Of a stretch of DNA of 64,000 nt, positions 57,960-64,000 are shown one piece after another. This DNA comes from Vicinamibacterales bacterium (GTDB taxonomy: Bacteria; Acidobacteriota; Vicinamibacteria; Vicinamibacterales; SCN-69-37): contig JBBDWL010000084.1 in assembly GCA_040902895.1 (NCBI GenBank), forward strand, positions 19,425 to 83,424. Direction: 5' to 3'. Under the pieces are notes generated by a model, which worked only from the letters and a program-made list of their open reading frames with translations, had not been told where the DNA came from and made no database searches. A program made the position numbers and the translations under genes. Within the stretch, counting starts at the first letter, position 1. Each line of letters opens with the position of its first letter.

Positions 57960-58886
57960 CTACTTCAACTGCGCCAGGATTTTCCTGGCGTGCGCCAGGT
58001 CCGGTGAGTCAGGCGGCGCCAGGGACACGAATTTCTCGAGGTCCGTCTTGGCTTTCGGCACGTCGCCAAGCTGCAGGTGGGCAAGCCCACGGTAGTAGTA
58101 CGAATCGGGCTGTTGCGGAAACTGGGCGATGATCTTGTCGAAGAACTGCTTCGCGTCGTCAGGTTTGCCCTGGTTCAACAGCGAGATGCCGCTGTTGATG
58201 ATCGCGACCGGTTCCTTGACGCGCGCCATGTCGACCGACGCGAGGATCTTCCGCCCTTCGTCGGCGGCGCCCTGCTCGATGAGCAGGTTGCCCAGAAGAA
58301 GCTGCACGTCGACGTTCGCTGGATCTTTGGCCATCGCGATGCGGAGGTGTTCGATGGCCTTCCCGGGCTGGTTTTCACCGGCGTAGGTGCGCGCAATGAG
58401 CGGATGGATTTGGTGCGCTTCCGGGTACTTGGCCAGCAGCCGCTCATAGAGCTGCCGCGCTTCGACGAACTGCTTCGCCTGCATCAGCCCCGCCGCCCGG
58501 ATCAACTCGTCCTTGATCTCGGCGTTTGGATCGACAACAGGTCTGACCGGAACCATCGCGAACTCGATCGGGGGAATGCGCCCGACTTCGCTCACGCCAA
58601 TCGCGATGCTCTTGTTCTCGAAGCCATCCTTCGTGAAATCCAGGTTCCAGCGCCCGCCCGCCATGCCGCCGATGGCCCACTCGCCCTCTTTATTCGTCTT
58701 CGATTCGAACGCGATGGCACTTTCGCCGGCGAGGATGGCCGTGACGCGCACGTCTGCGATCGGCTGCCCTGAGGGATCCGTGATCTTTCCGGCCAGCCGG
58801 CCGGTCCCGCGCGTTTGCGCGACAAGGCCGGTCGTCACCGCGAGTGCGAGACCAAGGGCGCACGCTGTCGTCTGGAGTGTCTTCAT
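57960..58886 (-). CDS. Exported CarboxypepD_reg-like domain + TPR-repeat protein
   Basis: 308 aa. Signal MKTLQTTACALGLALAVTTGLVAQ. Ig-like domain GRLAGKITDPSGQPIADVRVTAIL...GRWNLDFTKDGF, then TPRs (FVEARQLYERLLAKYPE, GKAIEHLRIAMAKDP, DDAKQFFDKIIAQFP, YYYRGLAHLQLGD). The stop lies 2 nt before the downstream lipoprotein start. Confidence 0.65.
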   Translation of the reverse strand: MKTLQTTACALGLALAVTTGLVAQTRGTGRLAGKITDPSGQPIADVRVTAILAGESAIAFESKTNKEGEWAIGGMAGGRWNLDFTKDGFENKSIAIGVSEVGRIPPIEFAMVPVRPVVDPNAEIKDELIRAAGLMQAKQFVEARQLYERLLAKYPEAHQIHPLIARTYAGENQPGKAIEHLRIAMAKDPANVDVQLLLGNLLIEQGAADEGRKILASVDMARVKEPVAIINSGISLLNQGKPDDAKQFFDKIIAQFPQQPDSYYYRGLAHLQLGDVPKAKTDLEKFVSLAPPDSPDLAHARKILAQLK

Positions 58887-58898
58887 GGCGTTGCCGTG

Positions 58899-58944
58899 AA
58901 AAATAAAATCCCGGGGCTCTGCTGTTCGTGCAGAGCCCCGGGAT
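58899..58944 (-). terminator. Rho-independent terminator of the TonB-dependent receptor gene
   Basis: A perfect 15-bp GC-rich stem (58908-58922 ATCCCGGGGCTCTGC with 58930-58944 GCAGAGCCCCGGGAT) and a 7-nt loop. On the minus strand it is followed by TTTATTTTT (58907-58899). It lies 36 nt downstream of the stop at 58981. Confidence 0.8.
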
Positions 58945-58980
58945 CCAGTGTAGCCGAATTCCCGCGCGGTCGGGTTGACT

Positions 58981-61851
58981 CTAGAAGTTCACCCGAAGGC
59001 CCAGACGCAGGATGCGCGGATTCATGATCTCGATGATCTTGTTGAATCCCGTGTCGCCAGGGGTCGCGTTCAGGTCGAACTGACGCCCCAGCACCGTGTT
59101 CGTGTTCGTGACGTTGAATACGTCCAGATCGAACATGATGTTCGCACGGTTGAACCGGAACGCCTTCTCGAGCCTGACATCGAGCGACGTCACCGCCGGC
59201 AGGCGATTCTCACCGACGTCTTCTACGAGAAGGACGTTCTTGAGACCGCCGGACGACGGATCTTCGACTTCTGTCTCGGCATAGAACGGCTGACCGAAGC
59301 CCTGGCGCGTCACCAGGTTGGCGCCCAGGTTGATGCCCCACGGGCCCTGCACCAGACCGTTGGCAATGAACTGATACTTCGGCAGCACCATGAAGATATC
59401 GCTCTTGCCGCTGCCGCCGGTCTCGGTCACGACCACGCCGCCGTCTTTGTACGGACTGGTCGGGGACGGCGTCGGATCCTCGATCGAGATGGCCGGGTCA
59501 TCGAAGTATTCCCGGTGATCGTTGGTCGAGAAGCCGAGTCTCGCCATCCAGCGATTGGACATGCGCTTCGTCGCGCTGATCTCGAACCCGAGGAACCGCT
59601 GATGGTAGCCGTCGCGGTTCAGCTCTTCGCGGCCGTTGCCGGGAGGCAGCACGCCGGCCCTCGGCGCGTAAAACGGCACATCGAAGCTGCCGATCGGCGC
59701 CTCATTGCCCGATACCGTGCCGGCCTGCACGTAGTCGCCGCGGCGCACGCCGATGAGCGGCTTCCAGCGCAGATTATCAAACCGCCGCCACGTCAACGTC
59801 CCGCTCACACCGACGTTGCGCATCAGCTCGCGGTCGATGCCGAACAGCACCTCGTGGGTTGTCGGCGATTTGAGGTCGCCGATTCGGTTGACGCTGTTGA
59901 CGTTGCTCGGATCGGCGAGGTCAAAGCCGTAGCTGCCCAGCGCGCCCGTGATCAGCTCGTTGGCCTGCGTGATCCCGTCTCGATTGGCGTCGATGGCGAG
60001 ATAGTAGGCGTACGAGTAATACGTCGGCCCGGCGACGAAGCCCGAATCCGCCGCGCCGAGTTGCGACGCGAATGTCGCGTAGCTGGCGCGCAGCAGCGTC
60101 TTGCGGTCGTCATCAAGCGCGTAGGTGATGCCCACTCGCGGCGTGATGGTATTGAACTCGAGCGCATTCTCTTTCGCCGGTGTCGTCAACGCCGGCAGAA
60201 CATCAGGCACGATCGGGCTGCCGGCACGCGACGCTTCCAGCAGTGTCGAGGTCGACCGGTCGAATCGCAGCCCGACGTTGATCGTGGCGCGGTTGAAACT
60301 GATCGTGTCGCCAAGGTACGCGTTCATGTATCGGCCGACGTTGTTGCGGACCTGATCGCCCGTGAAGATCGGCAGCATGAGGCCGTTGGTCGGATAGCTG
60401 CTCAGGTGAATCGTATACACCTTCGACCCGGGCCACTGCGAGATCGACTCGACTCCGGCGCGGCGCCAGGAGAAGCCGAACTTCACTTCATGCTTTCCGC
60501 GGAACCAGTTGCCGTCTGCGAGCACCGCGTGCTGCGGCCTGTCCGACTTGTAGAAGACGAACGAGTTGTGCCAGACGCGGCCGACGTCGCGGTACGGCTC
60601 TTTCCCGGCGTCGAGGCCGCCCTTCGGCACGAGCTGGAAGCCCATGTCCGAATATGCGCCGCGCGCCGTGAAAAACAGGTTGTTGCTGGCGACCCAGTTC
60701 ACTTCACCTTTGTAGATCGCGGTCGGGCCGCTCTGGTCCCACGTCGTCTCGAGCGGGCGGAAGGCGCTGGCCCCGCGACCGTCCTTCACCTTGTCGCCGA
60801 GGAAGTACGTGAAGCCGACGCGCCACGGGGCATTGAGCTGCGCCTGCGTCTTGAAACCAATGTTGTTCAGCTCCGTGCGGTCGAGAACGTCCGTAATCGT
60901 GCGAATCCGGACGTCGGTCTTGCCCCACGAGCCCCACGCCCACCATTTATCTCTCACAATCGGACCGCCCAGCTCGCCGCCGTAGTCGGAATACTGTTCC
61001 GTGCGGTTGCCTTTGCCCGACTCGCCAACGAGCGAGGTGCCCTTGAGCTCGTCAGGCAGGTTGTTCGCCTGCATGCCGTCGTTGGAGAAGTATCCGCGGA
61101 AGGAGCCGTGCGGCGTGTTGCTGCCGCTCTTCATGACGAAATTCAGGTGCACGCCGGCCGTGGAGTTCGTGACGTCTGCGCCACCCGTGGTGACCTGCAT
61201 TTCCTGAAACATGTCGAAGTCGTAGTACGTCGGGGACGCACCCGTCGCGGCCATGTCGGTGATCGGAATGCCGTCGATGTTCCAGGTGTTCTGGCCGCCG
61301 GCGGCGCCCTTGGCCTGGTAGTTGGACTGCTGTCCCGACTCGGCGCCGCCGACGTTCACGCGGTCGACGATGATGCCGGGTACCGTCTGCATGACGACCC
61401 AGGGATCACGCGACGACGGGATGTTCTGCAGCTCCTCGAGCGTCACGTTGGTTGACGTGGTGGTTCTCTTCGGATCGATGGTCGGCGCTCCGGCCGTAAC
61501 CTCGACGGCAGTGGTCAGGCCCGCTACGCCCAGCGTCGCCTTGAGCGGCACGCCGGCGCCGGCAACGACCGGGACCCTGCGGTTGATATAGTCGCCAAAG
61601 CCCTGCAGCCGCGCCGAAACGGTGTAGTCGCCCGGCGGCAGATTCAGGAAGTGCGCCTCGCCCGAGGCGTCTGTTACGGCGCTTTGGTTCAGCGGACCGG
61701 CGATGTCGACCGTAACACCAGGCAGCACCGCGCCCGTGGTGTCAACGGCAGTCACATCGATGCGGCCGGTGAAGACCTGCGCCGATGAGGGTGTGGCGAA
61801 CGCAAACAGCGCAGCCGCCACAACCAGCAATCGAGTCAAACGGAATCTCAT
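58981..61851 (-). CDS. TonB-dependent outer-membrane receptor with N-terminal CarboxypepD_reg-like domain
   Basis: 956 aa. Signal MRFRLTRLLVVAAALFAFATPSSAQ. N-domain GRIDVTAVDTTGAVLPGVTVDI...GDYTVSARLQGF. Plug-like region (IPSSRDPWVVMQTVPGIIVDRVNVGG), a long barrel, and a C-terminal aromatic residue (...ILRLGLRVNF). Confidence 0.85.
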   Translation of the reverse strand: MRFRLTRLLVVAAALFAFATPSSAQVFTGRIDVTAVDTTGAVLPGVTVDIAGPLNQSAVTDASGEAHFLNLPPGDYTVSARLQGFGDYINRRVPVVAGAGVPLKATLGVAGLTTAVEVTAGAPTIDPKRTTTSTNVTLEELQNIPSSRDPWVVMQTVPGIIVDRVNVGGAESGQQSNYQAKGAAGGQNTWNIDGIPITDMAATGASPTYYDFDMFQEMQVTTGGADVTNSTAGVHLNFVMKSGSNTPHGSFRGYFSNDGMQANNLPDELKGTSLVGESGKGNRTEQYSDYGGELGGPIVRDKWWAWGSWGKTDVRIRTITDVLDRTELNNIGFKTQAQLNAPWRVGFTYFLGDKVKDGRGASAFRPLETTWDQSGPTAIYKGEVNWVASNNLFFTARGAYSDMGFQLVPKGGLDAGKEPYRDVGRVWHNSFVFYKSDRPQHAVLADGNWFRGKHEVKFGFSWRRAGVESISQWPGSKVYTIHLSSYPTNGLMLPIFTGDQVRNNVGRYMNAYLGDTISFNRATINVGLRFDRSTSTLLEASRAGSPIVPDVLPALTTPAKENALEFNTITPRVGITYALDDDRKTLLRASYATFASQLGAADSGFVAGPTYYSYAYYLAIDANRDGITQANELITGALGSYGFDLADPSNVNSVNRIGDLKSPTTHEVLFGIDRELMRNVGVSGTLTWRRFDNLRWKPLIGVRRGDYVQAGTVSGNEAPIGSFDVPFYAPRAGVLPPGNGREELNRDGYHQRFLGFEISATKRMSNRWMARLGFSTNDHREYFDDPAISIEDPTPSPTSPYKDGGVVVTETGGSGKSDIFMVLPKYQFIANGLVQGPWGINLGANLVTRQGFGQPFYAETEVEDPSSGGLKNVLLVEDVGENRLPAVTSLDVRLEKAFRFNRANIMFDLDVFNVTNTNTVLGRQFDLNATPGDTGFNKIIEIMNPRILRLGLRVNF

Positions 61852-62012
61852 TCAACCCTCCCAGGGAAGAAACGAAAAGCGACTCTAGTCGTAATGGGCG
61901 CACAATGCAAGTGGTGCACCGGTATCCGGTCCCTTTGTTTTCAACAAGTTACAGGTCGATAAGCGTGCACAATCCAAGGGTTTGAATCGGCACAACCAAA
62001 TAGGTGGATTAC

Positions 62013-64000
62013 TCAGAACCCGGCTCTGATCCCCAGGCGCAGAATAGCGGGCGCCATGATTTCCAGGGGCGTGTCGGCGGTTGTCACGCGCAGGTCGTAT
62101 TGGCGCCGGAGCACGGTCGCGAGGTTCAGCACGTTGAACACGTCGACGTCCACATTGAGACGCAGCCGCTCGATGGTGAACGCCCTGCTCGCGCGCCCAT
62201 CCAGCGACGTCACAGGGGCCAGACGGAACTCGCCTGGGCTCACCAGCAGCAGCGTCTTCAGATCGCCGAGCGGATCACCTGTCGGCACTCCGCTTCGATA
62301 ATAGGGCTTGGCGTATCCCTGCCGCACCAGAAGGTTTGCGGCAAGACTGATCTTCCAGGGCGCCTGGTACATCGCCGCGGCGCTGACCTGATACTTCGGC
62401 AGCAGCATGAAGATATTGGTTTTGCCGCTGCCGGCCGTTTCGCGCAACACCTCGCCGCCATCGATATTGGGACTGTCAGGCGTGGACGTGGGGTCGAACA
62501 GCGCGCCGGCCGTCTCGAAGTACTCACGATGGTCGTTCGCCGAGAAACCAGCACGCCCCATCCACCGGTTCGACAGCCTTTTGATGGCCGCGATTTCGAT
62601 TCCCCAGTACCGCTGGTGGTAATCCTCGCGGGTGACATACTCCGTCGCCGTGCGGTTGGCAGGCACAGCATCAGCCGGCAGTCCATAAAAGGGCACCTCG
62701 AAGTCGCCGATCGGCTCCACCCTGCCTGAGAATGAGCCGAGCCGCACGAAGTCGTCGCCGCGCACTCCCTGCAGCGGACGCCAGTTGAAATCCACGAAGC
62801 GGCGCCACGTGAGCGTTGCGCGCAGGGCGATGTTCGACCGCAACTCGTGATCGATACCTCCCGAGAGCTCATGCGTGATCGGCGTGCTGTACCGCGCGAT
62901 GCGGTGGTTCGGCTCGCCGGCATTCGAGGGATTGGCCAGGTCGAACCCGTACCATGCGCATACGCCACGGTCAGCCAACGCCGGCGAGCACGTGCGTCCG
63001 GCGATCTCCTCGTGATCCACCGTCCGGTTGAGATTCTGATCGGTGACGTCGAAGAAAAAGACACCCCTGCGAGAGCCCACGGTGGAAAAGAAAGCGGCCT
63101 CATCGGCGCCCATCTGTGACGCAAACGCCGCGTAGCTGGCACGGGCGACAGTTCGGCGGGACTTCCCCGCCGCATAACTCACGGCGAGGCGCGGGGTCAG
63201 GGCGTTCCAGACGATGGCCTGATCCGCCGCGCGGCCCGTGAGATCGGGCAGGAGCGAGGCGAGCAGCGAATTTCCCGCCTGCGAATACGACCGCACCGAC
63301 GCCGCCTGGCGATCCCATCGGAGTCCCGCGCTCAGCGTCCACCGATCGAAGGCCACCGTGTCGCCCACGAACGCGCCCGTGTAGCGCGCCGACGCGCCGG
63401 TCACCTGGTTCCAGGCGGAGACTTCGGCGATCATGGCCGGATATCCGCGGTGGTACGTAATGATGCCGTTGCCAGGGACGGTATAGGTCTCATCGACCTC
63501 CGCGCGCCGATGGTGGACGCCTGCCCTGAGTTCGTGCCGCCCGCGGAAATAGCTGCCCTGTAGCTCGCCGCCATGTTGCGGTCGATCGGTCCGATAGGCG
63601 TAAAAGGTGTTCCGGGCCCTGCCGGCATCGTCCGCCCCGATCATGTTCACCTCGAGGCCGCCCTGCGGCGTCAGCGCGAATCCCCCAGAGACAGTGGCCC
63701 AATGACCGGTCAGGAAGACCTGGCCACCGGCCGCGTAACTGGCGCCGACCTTTACCATCGTGGTGGGACCATCCTGATTGAACGTTGTCTCTTCCGGACG
63801 AAGCGGGCTCGCATCGCGCCCCTGCTTTTGTTTATTGCCCCGGAAAACCGTGAGTGATGGACGCAGGCTTCCGGTCGCCTGGCCCGACATTTTGAGGGCC
63901 AGGTTCGCGAGATCCGTGGCATCGGAGGTACCCGTCAGCGTGAGCACCGCCACGTCTGTGCGGCCGGCTGCGCCCCAGGCCCACAGGCGGTCGCGCAGAA
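62013..64000 (-). CDS. TonB-dependent outer-membrane receptor, paralog of preceding gene (N-terminus beyond window end)
   Basis: The track ORF 62013..63953 begins at an internal GTG. I translated the same frame to the window edge and it stays open (…LRDRLWAWGAAGRTDVAVLTLTG), aligning with IVRDKWWAWGSWGKTDVRIRTIT of the 58981 gene. The C-terminus ...ILRLGIRAGF ends in an aromatic residue. Confidence 0.85.
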   Translation of the reverse strand, partial: LRDRLWAWGAAGRTDVAVLTLTGTSDATDLANLALKMSGQATGSLRPSLTVFRGNKQKQGRDASPLRPEETTFNQDGPTTMVKVGASYAAGGQVFLTGHWATVSGGFALTPQGGLEVNMIGADDAGRARNTFYAYRTDRPQHGGELQGSYFRGRHELRAGVHHRRAEVDETYTVPGNGIITYHRGYPAMIAEVSAWNQVTGASARYTGAFVGDTVAFDRWTLSAGLRWDRQAASVRSYSQAGNSLLASLLPDLTGRAADQAIVWNALTPRLAVSYAAGKSRRTVARASYAAFASQMGADEAAFFSTVGSRRGVFFFDVTDQNLNRTVDHEEIAGRTCSPALADRGVCAWYGFDLANPSNAGEPNHRIARYSTPITHELSGGIDHELRSNIALRATLTWRRFVDFNWRPLQGVRGDDFVRLGSFSGRVEPIGDFEVPFYGLPADAVPANRTATEYVTREDYHQRYWGIEIAAIKRLSNRWMGRAGFSANDHREYFETAGALFDPTSTPDSPNIDGGEVLRETAGSGKTNIFMLLPKYQVSAAAMYQAPWKISLAANLLVRQGYAKPYYRSGVPTGDPLGDLKTLLLVSPGEFRLAPVTSLDGRASRAFTIERLRLNVDVDVFNVLNLATVLRRQYDLRVTTADTPLEIMAPAILRLGIRAGF

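Noticed and set aside
58975-61455. 826-aa plus-strand ORF
   Set aside because: It is antisense to the TonB-dependent receptor, which has a signal peptide, a plug, a barrel and a C-terminal aromatic residue. The antisense translation is Arg-rich with no motifs.
61852-62012. Possible cobalamin or other riboswitch upstream of the TonB-dependent receptor
   Set aside because: No B12-box-like sequence or convincing multi-stem structure is seen by eye. It is left as an unannotated spacer.

Overview
This is a gene-dense, very GC-rich 64-kb chromosomal segment (roughly two-thirds G+C by eye). All calls come from reading the sequence and the ORF track by eye. No homology search, HMM, tRNA scanner or RNA-folding program was run. 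I support 42 protein-coding genes (2 run off the window), one tRNA-Glu(CUC), one canonical rho-independent terminator and two long AT-rich palindromic intergenic elements. I see no rRNA, CRISPR array, transposase, integrase or phage genes. Several lineage markers suggest an Acidobacteriota-like genome, which is an inference: an ADOP-type duplicated orphan permease, VWFA-related acidobacterial-type proteins, and TonB-dependent receptors with CarboxypepD_reg N-domains. Many long ORFs in the track are antisense or out-of-frame artefacts of the GC content, and several real ORFs had to be trimmed to internal starts. Gene content, in order:
- AOR + MoaD-like
- ggt
- a proline-racemase/OCD pair
- archaeal-type glucose dehydrogenase
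- two multihaem-cytochrome clusters
- a GH63-like glucosidase
- a cupredoxin-ctaA-ctaB-DUF420 haem-a cluster
- M23/M48 peptidases
- OmpA
- GGDEF
- paralogous sulfatase-like/TPR and VWA/TPR genes
- tandem TonB-dependent receptors

The most interesting observations are:
1. A tightly coupled minus-strand operon (13324-19400) joins four parts: a NuoE-NuoF NADH-input module, an Fe-S protein carrying two cNMP-binding domains, a predicted dihaem cytochrome b, and a membrane-anchored decahaem cytochrome c. I read this as a candidate quinone-independent, nucleotide-gated transmembrane electron conduit, and I do not recognise it as a described complex.
2. A plus-strand operon has an outer-membrane beta-barrel gene overlapping a 1264-aa decahaem cytochrome fused to an LVIVD beta-propeller. 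These are followed by a CHASE2 adenylate cyclase, an M48 peptidase and a cNMP-gated MscS channel.
3. An aquaporin-cNMP fusion is translationally coupled to an MBL-fold hydrolase, which may be a phosphodiesterase.
4. cNMP signalling parts are locally enriched overall.
5. Two striking AT-rich palindromes are present: 31-bp perfect arms at 39050-39127 and 33-bp arms with TGTAAAT heptads at 43900-44028.

All functional models are hypotheses that need database and experimental checks.
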